A stretch of DNA of 64,000 bases from Candidatus Bathyarchaeota archaeon. GTDB lineage: Archaea; Thermoproteota; Bathyarchaeia; Bathyarchaeales; Bathycorpusculaceae. Below are positions 44,349 through 56,953 of this stretch, piece after piece. Numbering within the stretch: the first letter of the stretch is position 1; every line of letters starts with the position of its first letter. Location: positions 1-64,000 of the forward strand of contig CAWDYC010000005.1 in the NCBI GenBank assembly GCA_963806535.1, written 5' to 3'. Position numbers and translations under genes: made by a program. The notes under the pieces are model-generated. The model ran no database searches. It saw only the letters and a program-made list of their open reading frames with translations, and had not been told where the DNA came from.

Positions 44349-45612
44349 ACCAATCGACATCATAAACGTGAGAATAACTCACAAGACGGCGCATGTTCCA
44401 CTTTTGGAAGCTGTGTCTTTTAAAAACAAAACAAACGCTTACTCCGAAATTAGCTTGCTTGATGGTGTGCAGGAATCGGTGCTTATCCAAACATGCAATC
44501 GCATTGAACTTTACCTTGTAAGCCAAGATGGGTACAAAACAGTCAAAGCAGCAGTGGCATATTTGGCGAACCGCGCGTCAACCCAAACAGGGGAAGCATG
44601 TGAAGCAATTGAATTTGCAGTTAACCATGATGCACTTGACCATTTGCTGAGGGTTGCTGCTGGGTTGGAATCCATGGTTATAGGCGAAGATCAGGTTACA
44701 AATCAAGTGTGGAATGCTTACCTTGAAGCTGAAAAAGCAAAAGCCGTAGGTCCTGTTCTTAGTCTTGTGTTTAATCGCGCAGTAAATGTGGGTAGACGTG
44801 TAAGGCGAGAGACGGGCATAAGCAAAGGGGCTGTTTCCGTCGGCTCGGCGGCGGTGGAATTGGCTGAAAGTTTGGTCGGAAGCCTTGATGAAAAGAAAAT
44901 TCTTGTTATGGGCGCTGGCGAAACTGGCACCCTCGTTGCCAAATCAATGGCCCGTCGATGCCTGAGCCCGATATTCATTGCAAACAGGACTTTTGAACGT
45001 GCGTTGAGATTAGCTGACGAGCTTGGTGGCAAAGCAGTAAAGTTTGACAAGTTGGGTGAAGTTCTTGTGGACGCCGATGTTGTATTTTGCTCCACCTCTG
45101 CCCCACATTATCTGTTGACAAAAGACTTAGTTTCTAACCTTGTAACAAAACGCCAAAATAATAATGACCTTCTAATAATCGATATTTCAAACCCGCGGAA
45201 CGTTGAGGAAATCATCAAAGAACTACCACATATGAAGCTATTCAACATTGATGACTTAACATCAATTGCAGACCAAAACAAAATGGAACGACAGAAAAGC
45301 ATGCAGGACGCCTTCAAAATAGTCAATGAAGAACTTGCAGTACTCGAAAATGCAATTAGAGAAGATTCCGTCCGAGAAATCGTTTCTGAATTGCTTTCGC
45401 AACTCGAAAAAAACCGCCAAAGAGAACTTACAAAAGCCCTTAACATGATGGATGAATTGGATGAGCGGCAGAGAAAGATCGTGAGTGATTTAACCAGTAT
45501 TCTTTTGAAGCACATGTTTTTACCACTTGTCGAAAACTTTCGCCGAGCCGCCGCAAATGATGAGACGGAACTTATCGAAGCTGGATCAAAGTTATTTGAA
45601 ATAAAGGCTTAG
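44335..45612 (+). CDS. hemA: Glutamyl-tRNA reductase
   Basis: QTCNRIE, GLESMVIGEDQ, GAGETG, ANRT, DISNPRNVE. Confidence 0.95.
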   Translation: MHSAKPIDIINVRITHKTAHVPLLEAVSFKNKTNAYSEISLLDGVQESVLIQTCNRIELYLVSQDGYKTVKAAVAYLANRASTQTGEACEAIEFAVNHDALDHLLRVAAGLESMVIGEDQVTNQVWNAYLEAEKAKAVGPVLSLVFNRAVNVGRRVRRETGISKGAVSVGSAAVELAESLVGSLDEKKILVMGAGETGTLVAKSMARRCLSPIFIANRTFERALRLADELGGKAVKFDKLGEVLVDADVVFCSTSAPHYLLTKDLVSNLVTKRQNNNDLLIIDISNPRNVEEIIKELPHMKLFNIDDLTSIADQNKMERQKSMQDAFKIVNEELAVLENAIREDSVREIVSELLSQLEKNRQRELTKALNMMDELDERQRKIVSDLTSILLKHMFLPLVENFRRAAANDETELIEAGSKLFEIKA

Positions 45613-45933
45613 TAAATCCTTCCGAAGGACAAAGAAACATCAACAGGATCTAGGGCGAATATTCAAAAATGAATAGACTGGATTATGGCTTGACTTATCC
45701 TATGGCACCCCATTCGTGAAAGGCCCTTGCCCAGTCAGTGTACGCTGTAAAGACTCTATCGAAAACTTTTTTGATTTTTGATCTATAGCATGCGAAAAAT
45801 TTTCTACGACAATCCTTTCTGGGTTCTATGAAGTCTTTTCTCTTTAACTCAAACTAAATGAACCTCAAAAGAAAAATACTGCTTGGTTAATTTCATTTCT
45901 ACAGAAAATAAATGGTGTTAGAGGAAACGAAAC

Positions 45934-46158
45934 ATGACAAAATGGGAGTATGTCTCAATTGCTCTGGTAAAAGGAGTAATAGATGCCGGTGTTAAAACAC
46001 AAGAAGATTTGTTGAATAAATATGGTTTAGATGGATGGGAATTGGTTTCTATTGTTGCGCTTCAAATTAATCAAAGTTTTGAAGTAGTTGCTTATCTAAA
46101 ACGAGAATTAAGAACCAATAGTATACTTAACGATAATCAAGAGAAAGGTAACAGCTAA
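45934..46158 (+). CDS. DUF4177-like small protein
   Basis: KWEY..LNKYG.DGWELVS..YLKR. Confidence 0.75.
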   Translation: MTKWEYVSIALVKGVIDAGVKTQEDLLNKYGLDGWELVSIVALQINQSFEVVAYLKRELRTNSILNDNQEKGNS

Positions 46159-46270
46159 AAGAGATTAATCAATCAACCGAATATGTAACCGACCATTTTT
46201 TTCTTTTATATTTCTATGTAAATCCAGCTTATCGCTCTCGTTTTGCAATAGGAATTCCCCGGACGGGTTC

Positions 46271-46507
46271 TCAGGTTTTGATTTTTTTGATTCTGTCATA
46301 GGATGCGAGGTAACCCTGTCCTTTCATTGTGGTGACATATTTGTCGTTGTTTTGCATAAGCATACTTTGATTTGTGAGAATTGTCAAATAGGATTCTGCT
46401 TGCGCATCATTCAAACCTAACTTGTTCATAATTCTGCCCTTATCTTTTGATGTTTTGCAGAAACGGATAATATGAGGCACAATTCCTAATATACCACTAA
46501 AAACCAT
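46271..46507 (-). CDS. Small wHTH protein (DUF4364-like)
   Basis: K.RIM..GLN..Q...YL..L..Y.TT.KG. Confidence 0.65.
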   Translation of the reverse strand: MVFSGILGIVPHIIRFCKTSKDKGRIMNKLGLNDAQAESYLTILTNQSMLMQNNDKYVTTMKGQGYLASYDRIKKIKT

Positions 46508-46802
46508 TCAGTTCACAAGACATTGTCGGTTGGGTAACAATTAAACATGTGCGACTGTTGACCAACTGTAACAAGCGACCGTATACTCGATTCTGACTAT
46601 ACCCTTACCATATTTTGACTTGATTTCTAATACTACTCTGTCTTTTCATTTTTATTCATAGCCTGTATGAACTTGGAACGACTATGGCAAAAAAAAACGC
46701 TAGATTGTCGGTGTCGATTAACAGTCACACGCGTTTAACTCTGCCAATGGCTCTTTATAATGTAGCTCAAATCTTGGGCGTAGAAACGAAGGTTAGATAA
46801 TT

Positions 46803-47093
46803 ATGAAAAGTAAAGAGTTTATTGATAAAGATGTGTTTGCGTTAGATGAAAAAATCGGCAAAATTAAAGAAGTGGAAGTAGATGCTGATGAGTGGAAAGT
46901 TACTCATCTTGAGGTCGAATTGGAAAAGGACGTTGCTGAGTCTGTGCTTGGCGCAAAGAAAGGCGGAGTACGAAACATGCTGGACATTTCAGCTTTAGAG
47001 AAAGGGACTGGCATGTGGATGGATAATGGATTGCACTTAAAAGTTGCAAAAGACAAGCTTCACATGTACCTAAGACCAGTAGTTAAAACTTAG
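46803..47093 (+). CDS. PRC-barrel domain protein
   Basis: FIDKDV..KIGKIKEVEVD..WKVTHL. Confidence 0.7.
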   Translation: MKSKEFIDKDVFALDEKIGKIKEVEVDADEWKVTHLEVELEKDVAESVLGAKKGGVRNMLDISALEKGTGMWMDNGLHLKVAKDKLHMYLRPVVKT

Positions 47094-47135
47094 GCCTGCG
47101 TAATTTTTAGCGTATTTTAGGAGGTGTAACAAATT

Positions 47136-47333
47136 ATGCCAGAACAACAAATAGACGTCAAGGAACAGATACAGAAGATGGGTGAAAAATGGAGTGAATT
47201 CCAGAAAACTTGGGTTTCACACTTCAAAGACATGGAGGTAGATGTATTAGAATGGAACTTTGGTGTTGGAAAAACCGGTGAAGACACTATCTTTGAAATG
47301 AAAGCTAAGGTCGCTGTAAGACAAAAGAAGTAG
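47136..47333 (+). CDS. Hypothetical protein (65 aa)
   Basis: Strong SD GGAGGTG; clean ORF. Confidence 0.6.
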   Translation: MPEQQIDVKEQIQKMGEKWSEFQKTWVSHFKDMEVDVLEWNFGVGKTGEDTIFEMKAKVAVRQKK

Positions 47334-47470
47334 TGATCCTTATCGGATGCCAGGTGGACGAGCATCCTTCTTTGTTAAGACCCAGACACATTTTTTACTG
47401 TTGGTTTAGCCTTCTTCTATGTAATTGGTTTAGGAATCTCAATAGGTAAAATCTCAGTGTTGGATATATA

Positions 47471-47974
47471 TTGATAACTAAAGAAATAAAAATAAAAAAA
47501 ACAAATGATGAAATAGACAAAATAGCACAGAGGATTTTGTTAGAGCTTGAATCTGCAAGTTCCACAGATTTATCAGACGCACGTTATGCTAAAATGATGT
47601 TACGTTTGTCAGACGCCCATTACGTAAAAGGGGTACTGCAAAAGATAGGTGATGATAAATCTGGGGCTGAAAATGAGTTGGAAAAGAGAGCGATGATCAA
47701 GGTTCTGTTGTTTTCTACGTGGTTGCAGCGACTTTATTTTATTATAAGATCTTTTCTAATGGGGCTCATAAGTGCTGGGGTTACTTATCTTATTATAGGG
47801 TATCTTGGTTCAATAAATGTCATTGGAAGTATAATAATCGGCACGTTTGTGTTTGTATTTTCTCTGGCGGTAACACGATTGCTTGATACTCAAATAACGC
47901 AAGCTACAAAAAAGATTGTTGAACTCATGACAAGTCATAGTGTCATTAGGGATTTTATTATGAAACACTTCTAA
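47471..47974 (+). CDS. Hypothetical membrane protein
   Basis: 167-aa ORF with two C-terminal TM helices. Confidence 0.6.
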   Translation: MITKEIKIKKTNDEIDKIAQRILLELESASSTDLSDARYAKMMLRLSDAHYVKGVLQKIGDDKSGAENELEKRAMIKVLLFSTWLQRLYFIIRSFLMGLISAGVTYLIIGYLGSINVIGSIIIGTFVFVFSLAVTRLLDTQITQATKKIVELMTSHSVIRDFIMKHF

Positions 47975-48184
47975 CTCAAGAGAGCGACAATCAAATCATA
48001 TTACCGCCCCTCTTGTTGCTATAGGTTAACAGTACCACCAGAGATTATGGGCAGAACCAAGGCCTTCCAAAATCTGGGGGGTATAGTGGGAATAAGGTTT
48101 TTCGGAAAATATCTTACCATCACAACATATAAAATACAACAAAATAATGAAATATCAAATTGACTATTTCTATGCCTCACTTGT

Positions 48185-48436
48185 CTATTTGGCGGGCGGG
48201 GAGGGATTTGAACCCTCGACCCCCAACTTAGGAGGCTGGTGCTCTATCCGTACTGAGCTACTCGCCCAATCCCTTTCTAAAATGGTGCTTGAATCTGGCT
48301 TTAGTTGGTCATCATCAATCTTTTGTTCAATGTGACCAATTTGACCTATAGCGATTGGATTATCTTCTTTAGGCATTTCATTAAGTTTTCTCTGAAAATG
48401 AGCTAAGGTTTGTTGTTAGTGTTGAGACTGGGGGTT
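48185..48436 (-). pseudogene. Degraded int(N)-like ORF reading through tRNA-Arg
   Basis: PQSQH*QQTLAHFQRKL resembles YYHQQSLEY..KL of ORF 60783-61085; the frame continues through the tRNA. Confidence 0.4.
48190..48267 (-). tRNA. tRNA-Arg(CCT)
   Basis: Anticodon arm CCAGC-CTCCTAA-GTTGG, GGTTCAAATCC T loop, CCA. Confidence 0.92.
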
Positions 48437-48462
48437 GAGCATAGATGTCGAATGAAAAATGA

Positions 48463-48792
48463 TTATCTTTGATGTTTTTTGATTTGTTCATTAATCTTTT
48501 TTGCCATGTATTCATGGTCAGATGCGTCAGCGAACCTGTACCAGATGTTCCAGTAGTGACTGTTTATTTGTAGCTGTGCCTCCCTTTTCGTTGCCGTCCT
48601 ATTATAAGTCAAAGGGTCTTTTATTGACCAGAATTTCATCTTGCGATATAACCGATAAATATCCAACCCAAAAATCGCAAAGAAAAAACTCGCCCCAAAA
48701 AGGCTCTTAGCAAAAACAAAAACAGCAAATAGTGAGAATTCAACACTAAGGAACATACCGCTGAGAAACAATGAAGTCTTCTTATGACGCAT
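48463..48792 (-). CDS. Hypothetical membrane protein
   Basis: 109-aa ORF with two N-terminal TM segments. Confidence 0.5.
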   Translation of the reverse strand: MRHKKTSLFLSGMFLSVEFSLFAVFVFAKSLFGASFFFAIFGLDIYRLYRKMKFWSIKDPLTYNRTATKREAQLQINSHYWNIWYRFADASDHEYMAKKINEQIKKHQR

Positions 48793-49018
48793 TAGTTAGC
48801 CTGATAAATAATGTACGATTTTAATGTTTTTGCTTTTTATTAATATTAGCCAAGCTTCTGAAGAGAAAACAACGTTTCAAAGAACATTACTAAATAGCAC
48901 TCTAAATTGTGTAGATATTAGTTCAATCACATTCGTTTTAGACAATAATTGCATGGAAGTCCACAAAGTTTTAAAGCGTTGTAATGGGAACTATGTGTTT
49001 AAGTTAACTGTGATTGCT

Positions 49019-50077
49019 TTGACTTTAAGCTACCATTACATGCAGCTTCCACGCGAAGTCACCGTTGGACAAGGAACTTTGCAGCGTGTTCCAGAAGTCG
49101 TAAAAAGACTAGGTCTTCATGGGAAAGCGTTAGTATTGTCAGACCGAATATGTTATGATTTAGCTGGAAAAAAAGTATCTGATTTACTTGTCGAGGCAGG
49201 TTTGTCTGTTGATTTTCTTTTCGTTAAGACAATGACCCCGAAAGATATTTCAGATATTCAAGTTCAAATTAAGAAGTTAAAGCCACAAGTTCTTTTCGGT
49301 GTAGGCGGCGGAACAATAATTGATTCTGCGAAAGTAAGTTCTGGAAGCCAAAATATCCCCTTTATCAGTATACCCACTAGTGTCGCCCACGACGGTATAG
49401 CAAGCCCTCTTGCTTCCATTAAAGGTTCAGATAAACCCTATTCTGTACTTGCGCAATCGCCGCTGGCAATAATAGCTGATACAAACGTTATTGCCCAAGC
49501 GCCCTGGCGATTCGTAATAAGCGGCTGCGGAGACGTCATCGCTAAGTTTACAGCCGTTAAAGATTGGAAACTAGCACACCTGGAAGCCAACGAGTACTAT
49601 GGTGAATACGCGGCAAGCTTAGCCCTAATGAGCGCCAAACTTGCAATTGAAAATGCAGAGTTAATTGTCTCCCATGAAGATGAAGGGTTACGAATACTTC
49701 TTGAAGCTTTAATTAGCTGCGGGGTTGCCATGAGTATCGCCGGAAGCAGTCGCCCCTGCAGTGGCTCAGAACATCTATTTAGCCATGCATTAGACATGAT
49801 TAATCACCATCACGCAATGCACGGCGAACAATGCGGCGTAGGCTCGATATTAATTGCTTATCTCTACAAATCAAATTGGCAAAAAATAAGAAATACCCTC
49901 AAACAGATAGGTGCACCAACAACGGCTGCCGAATTAGGCGTCGAAGACCATGAGATAGTCAAAGCGTTGGAGTTAGCAGCAAAAATAAGGCCCGAACGCT
50001 ACACTATTCTGAATAAGCTTAATCTGGATTTTGATGATTGCGAGAAAACAGCTAAGGCAACAGGAATAATCAGCTAA
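49019..50077 (+). CDS. egsA: sn-Glycerol-1-phosphate dehydrogenase
   Basis: HYMQLPR.V, GVGGG..ID, PTSVAHDGIASP, SSRPCSGSEH.FSH, HGEQCG, RPERYTIL. Confidence 0.95.
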   Translation: MTLSYHYMQLPREVTVGQGTLQRVPEVVKRLGLHGKALVLSDRICYDLAGKKVSDLLVEAGLSVDFLFVKTMTPKDISDIQVQIKKLKPQVLFGVGGGTIIDSAKVSSGSQNIPFISIPTSVAHDGIASPLASIKGSDKPYSVLAQSPLAIIADTNVIAQAPWRFVISGCGDVIAKFTAVKDWKLAHLEANEYYGEYAASLALMSAKLAIENAELIVSHEDEGLRILLEALISCGVAMSIAGSSRPCSGSEHLFSHALDMINHHHAMHGEQCGVGSILIAYLYKSNWQKIRNTLKQIGAPTTAAELGVEDHEIVKALELAAKIRPERYTILNKLNLDFDDCEKTAKATGIIS

Positions 50078-50095
50078 TTGTTTTGGAAATAAATG

Positions 50096-50364
50096 TTACA
50101 ATTGCTGAATTAATGCAAACTGGGTTCCTTCGGGGTCCTTTGCAACTGCTATCCACCCAACATTAGGGTGCTTTTTGAACATGCCACCATTTACACCAGG
50201 TCTTTGTGGTCTGCCGTTTTCGTCAACAGGAACGGTTTGGATAACCCAATAATCTAATGGCAAAGGATACTCAATAATTTTCCAATCGAAAACTTTTTAG
50301 TAAAACTGTATTAGTTTTTCAATTCTTGGGCTGGTTTTTCAAAATGAACTAATGTGTGATCCAT
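50096..50364 (-). pseudogene. VOC/glyoxalase family pseudogene
   Basis: MDHTLVHFE..FDWKI..PGVNGGMFKK..GWIAVAKDPEG; stops, frameshifts and an apparent internal deletion. Confidence 0.7.
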
Positions 50365-50516
50365 ACCGATTTTTCGCCTCCATATTGATTGGCCTGAAAA
50401 CAAATCGGAACTGCTTAGATTCACAACCAATTATGACATGAGGGTAAATTTAGTCTTTATGCTAAACAAAAAATGAGTTGAAGTTTACTAAGAAGGAAAA
50501 GAATTGTTGGTGGCGC

Positions 50517-51278
50517 TTATTGTGGAGCGCTGGGTTGAGCTTCCGGTTCTGTTGTCGTAGTCGGTGCTGGTACTGGGGCGGGTGCTGGTTTTGGTTCGGC
50601 TTTGAATGTTTCAACGAATTTAGTCTCACACAAGTCCGGAATGAATTTCTGAATATCCATTGCGATTCCACGTTTTGCGATTTGGATGCCTTCAACGTAG
50701 AAGGTGTCTTCTGGCATGTCAATAGTTAGATTTTTGTCTTGTATGCATAGTTTGAACTTGTCTTCTTCAACAACTGGTACGCGTCGATGGATAAGTGCGC
50801 TTATTTTTTCCTCGTTTTTCTCAAGCTTCTTGGTAACTATGGTTTCATAAATTAGGGTTCTTCCTGCAAGTGGCGGATTAAAGTCCAAAAGAACTCGTCC
50901 TGCCCCGATCGAGCGCACAGTTGCCATTTTTCCTTGAAACTCTATACGTGCTCCGATGACTGGATTAATTTCTTTTGCATAAAGTTGCTTGATTGATACG
51001 CGCTTTATCTTTTCTGGGTCCCTTGGTCCAAAGCCTTTTTCCGGTGAAATTTCTACCGTACAAGGTTTGCAAAGTTCCATCGTTGTTAAACTTTCATCTA
51101 AAGCCTTGAGAACCCAACTTTCGCCTATAACAACAAGTTTAGGATCGTAAATTTCGCCTTCTTTAAAGAGGTGCTCTTTTTTGGCGACATCTTCGTATGT
51201 TGTATCAAAAACTTCGTTTGTTTCTTTCACTTTCGAAGTATAATTGATTAGTATGAAATCTCCTTTTTGTAGGCTCAT
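50517..51278 (-). CDS. Long-type FKBP peptidyl-prolyl isomerase (SlyD-like)
   Basis: GDFILINY..VFDTT, PEKGFG.RDP, DFNPPLAG. Confidence 0.9.
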   Translation of the reverse strand: MSLQKGDFILINYTSKVKETNEVFDTTYEDVAKKEHLFKEGEIYDPKLVVIGESWVLKALDESLTTMELCKPCTVEISPEKGFGPRDPEKIKRVSIKQLYAKEINPVIGARIEFQGKMATVRSIGAGRVLLDFNPPLAGRTLIYETIVTKKLEKNEEKISALIHRRVPVVEEDKFKLCIQDKNLTIDMPEDTFYVEGIQIAKRGIAMDIQKFIPDLCETKFVETFKAEPKPAPAPVPAPTTTTEPEAQPSAPQ

Positions 51279-51609
51279 TTTGAATCATCCTTTATCTTAA
51301 CGGTCGATGTTTAAGTTTCAAACGCGAATAAAAACTTTGTCCAGACAAAAACTATTTACACTAGAATTACGGACATATTTAAAAATGTGCGACTAAAAAA
51401 AGTCTGATTTTTGATTTCAGCCTATTTTATTATCAAACAAAAAACTCCAAAAAGCCAATAAAAATGCTTAAAACCAAACCGGTCGTTTAATGGGAATTGC
51501 TTTAGTTCTTCCAAAATAATCTTCGGGCGCTGTTTACGATAAAGCTTTAAATTGCGCTTAAGTCAGAGAAAGGTGGCGAAGAACTCAGTATGTATTAGTT
51601 TGAATTTGT

Positions 51610-51719
51610 GCCGGGGTATCCTAGCCAGGCAGGGAGCAAGCCTGGAGATCCCTTTGCGGGGACCAATTAGCTTGTGGCCTCTCGGGGCCGCGGGGGTTCA
51701 AATCCCCCTCCCGGCGCCA
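51610..51719 (+). tRNA. tRNA-Ser(GGA) with 21-nt canonical 37/38 intron (51648-51668)
   Basis: CAAGC-CTGGAG[intron]A-GCTTG, long variable arm GGCC-TCTCGG-GGCC, CCA. Confidence 0.92.
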
Positions 51720-51944
51720 ATTTACCGGTTTGGGTTGTTTTTGAGTTTATTTTGTCTAAAATATACATAGTTGAAGTTCATTCAAATTAGTGATTTGCTA
51801 CATATGAAATCTTGCAAAAGCAGGAGGGCGATCAGTTCATCGATAATTAGAGGAATCCATAATTTACTGCAAGCGAATTACCTGCAAGGGGATGCACATC
51901 AATCAGCTTCTTCAGCAGAAATCCCCGTCTTTGGAGACTGAAGG

Positions 51945-52070
51945 CTATTTGCGTTTTCTGAAAAGCTTGAAATGATCCATTTCGCAAACGTATTCGTAGC
52001 CTGCTTCTATTAGTTCACAAACTTCTTGTTCCGAGTGAGCAACTTTTGCTGTATTGTTATCGCTAGCTCT
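51945..52070 (-). pseudogene. C-terminal remnant of a tyrosine integrase
   Basis: AKVAHSEQEVCELIEAGYEYVCEMDHFKLFRKRK*, recognised from memory as the tail of bathyarchaeal site-specific integrases. Confidence 0.65.
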
Positions 52071-52072
52071 TG

Positions 52073-54248
<2,176 letters not shown>

Positions 54249-54870
54249 TCAAAATAATACAACTCCCTTTCTGAATTTTTTCTTTGAGTTTGGACAGATT
54301 TAAAGGTTAAGCAAGTTTCACTAATTTGGATAAAATACACGATTGGGACAAAGCACGCGCCAAATAGAGATGCCGCGAAAAACAAAATCGAAGCGGCAGA
54401 AGGCCACGGTGGACGAGAGTAAGTCCGGTCCAACTTGCCCCGAAAGTTTTTACCGGTAAATTGAGGCTAGTATCCCCCTCCCGGCGCCAATTTTTAGGGC
54501 AGGTTTTAAGCCTATTTTGCCTAAATAGACTAAATTATAGCTTATTTGTCAATACTTCTGAATGAAGTCAAAAATTTTTGCTCGTAAAACAAAAAAGTGA
54601 AACTGCTAGGCTTGAACCCAATGGGACGAATATGTACTCTCCACCATTTTGCCATAACTTTTTCCAAGGGCGCACATACTGCTTGAACTGAAGGCCATGA
54701 TGTTGCCGACCACTTGGCATAGACGTTTGGGCTGCCGATTCCAATGGCAGTGCCAAATGTTGAGCACGACTACGTTCTTACTGATCGGAGAGGAGAAGGT
54801 GCCTTCCAGGTTTTGGCTTTCCCGATTATATTAGCTTACTGCTAAGGCTGGTCATGCTAAATATTCTGAT

Positions 54871-55518
54871 CTAACCTATGATTATTATGTAGATTCCGAC
54901 GGCGACAATAATGAAGCCTACTATTGAATCGTTGTATTTCTCAGGGACATGCTCAAATGTTTTGGCAAGTCCTTTGGCCCCAACTTGAACAAGAACCAAT
55001 TGAGTCAGAATTGAAGTTACTACGAAGATGATGAGAAGATACGATGCAAACAGTACACCAACTGTGATAGAACCAAGGAAGATGGGCGTGATACTTAAAT
55101 CGGGAGAAAGTGCCGCTCCTAAAACGGCAAAATAGCCAATCCCCTTAAGGCTTGGCGTATTCTTTTTTTCCCTCTCAAATAATTTCTCTTCCGGAGTAAT
55201 CTCCTCTTTCTTTTTGGACACAAGAGCCCTTACACCAATAAAAAGACCCACTGCAAGCATAATGAATCCGACAGCGTATGAAATGTAGGAAGAGATTAGT
55301 CTTGAAAACAATAGACCCACGACGGCGATTCCAAATCCCAACACCGCAGAAAGAAAAGAGTGACCCACCGCAGTTACAAGAGATATGCTAAACAATTTTC
55401 TGTTGTTCCAACCGGATGCGCGACTGAGAACGCAAAGCGTAACCCAGTGGTCTGGAGCAGACATATGTAAGACTCCGACAAGTGCCGCCCCAATCAACAA
55501 TGGAGCAAGGTCAGTCAT
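54871..55518 (-). CDS. NiCoT/UreH-like nickel-cobalt transporter
   Basis: H-x4-DH motif (LHMSAPDHW), second TM His (GHS), about 6 TMs. Confidence 0.65.
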   Translation of the reverse strand: MTDLAPLLIGAALVGVLHMSAPDHWVTLCVLSRASGWNNRKLFSISLVTAVGHSFLSAVLGFGIAVVGLLFSRLISSYISYAVGFIMLAVGLFIGVRALVSKKKEEITPEEKLFEREKKNTPSLKGIGYFAVLGAALSPDLSITPIFLGSITVGVLFASYLLIIFVVTSILTQLVLVQVGAKGLAKTFEHVPEKYNDSIVGFIIVAVGIYIIIIG

Positions 55519-55534
55519 GAAAATCAACCAAACG

Positions 55535-56320
55535 CTAAACGGTTTCAGTGCTCTTGTTTAGCATTAGTGGTTTCGGTTTTTCTAATAGGAAGTAAGCTCC
55601 TCCATTAATGTCGCCTTCTTCTAGCAACCTGAAATTAGTTCGCTTGAATAGAACTCTCCAACTCTCTTTTGTTCCCATCGCAACTAAACTGAGGAAACTT
55701 GCAATGGCGAAAGTCGCATAGTTTCGTACGATTACAACAAGTAGAAACTTGCCTCCTGGTTTTAGAACACGGTTGAGTTCTTGAAGAGCAGACATTTTTT
55801 TCTCGCCAAGATGATCCATCATGTAAGAGCTGACAAGCGTATCGAAGGTATCATCATCGAATTTGAGCCTTGTCACATCACCTTGAACAACTTGGACCCT
55901 GTCAGTGATATTAGCGGTTTTTAAGTTGGCTTCCAGCAGAGTCTTGCCACCGTTTTCGATATAAGACGCATCAAACCTATCGACTGCAACAATTCTGCCT
56001 TTTCTTGCTATTTTACTCAGCGCAATTGATGTTCGGCCATGACCGCAACCTGCATCAAGAATTAAGTCATGATCGGAAGCAAAGAGGTCTACAAAAGGCA
56101 GCACTAACTCTGACTCCATACGGTTTACGAATCTGAGAATTGCATCTCCAGCGAAAAGGTTGAGAGAAATCAGGAATGGCAGTAATGCAGCTATTTTTAA
56201 GGATGGGAGAAAAATGTAAATTGCTGTGGATATGGCAAGAAAGATTACTCCTCCAGCTAAGAAACCAAACGTCCAAGTTTTTCCCCAGCCGAAATTGAAC
56301 TTAACAGTTTTTGTTTGCAT
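55535..56320 (-). CDS. Membrane-anchored class I SAM methyltransferase
   Basis: ILDAGCGHG, GDV..L.F.DDTFD, RVLKPGG. Confidence 0.85.
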   Translation of the reverse strand: MQTKTVKFNFGWGKTWTFGFLAGGVIFLAISTAIYIFLPSLKIAALLPFLISLNLFAGDAILRFVNRMESELVLPFVDLFASDHDLILDAGCGHGRTSIALSKIARKGRIVAVDRFDASYIENGGKTLLEANLKTANITDRVQVVQGDVTRLKFDDDTFDTLVSSYMMDHLGEKKMSALQELNRVLKPGGKFLLVVIVRNYATFAIASFLSLVAMGTKESWRVLFKRTNFRLLEEGDINGGAYFLLEKPKPLMLNKSTETV

Positions 56321-56322
56321 GA

Positions 56323-56829
56323 CTATTTCAGTCCTTCTTGTTTTGATCTTTTATCTGATGAGTCGACAATTTCGTTTACGAATTTAGTCAATATATCGCG
56401 GTTTTTGGAGATCATCATTAAATGCTGTTTGATTGCTTGCAGAAAGTCGACCATGAAACGTTTTTCTTTTTCTGAGAATTGATTATAGAGTTGCTTTGTG
56501 GCTTCGCTGTGAAGAAACCGGATCGTGGTCAAAGCCTTTTCGCCCTCTGGCGTTAGGCAAAAGTTCCACGAACGTTTGTCTTTGGGATCAAGTGTTCTTT
56601 TGATGTACCCTTTTTCCTCAAGCAGTTTTGTTTTATGAGTAATGTTTGAGTAAGTTGTTTGCAGTTTTTGCGATAGGTCTTTGGTGGTTGAAATGTTTTC
56701 GCTTATGAACCCGAGTATTTCGTAACTTGTCATAGCTATTCCGTATCTAGAGAACAGCATATCGCCAGTTCTGTCTAGCATTCTAGCGGTTTCAAGTATG
56801 CTTTCGGTTATTTCGGTATTAACGCTCAT
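56323..56829 (-). CDS. MarR-family regulator
   Basis: LEEKGYIKR..DPKDKRS..LTPEG. Confidence 0.85.
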   Translation of the reverse strand: MSVNTEITESILETARMLDRTGDMLFSRYGIAMTSYEILGFISENISTTKDLSQKLQTTYSNITHKTKLLEEKGYIKRTLDPKDKRSWNFCLTPEGEKALTTIRFLHSEATKQLYNQFSEKEKRFMVDFLQAIKQHLMMISKNRDILTKFVNEIVDSSDKRSKQEGLK

Positions 56830-56953
56830 ACCAAGAAAGAATTGTTTACTTTAATAAATAGTTTACTTATATAAACCAAATATTATTGTGTAATCAAAAT
56901 ATTAAGAAAATTTCATCAACAGCCAGAATTTTCTGCAGAGAAAAGTAAGCTTT

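Noticed and set aside
54560-54850. Possible gene remnant (GIDVWA-like peptide) after attR
   Set aside because: Too degraded to assign in any frame
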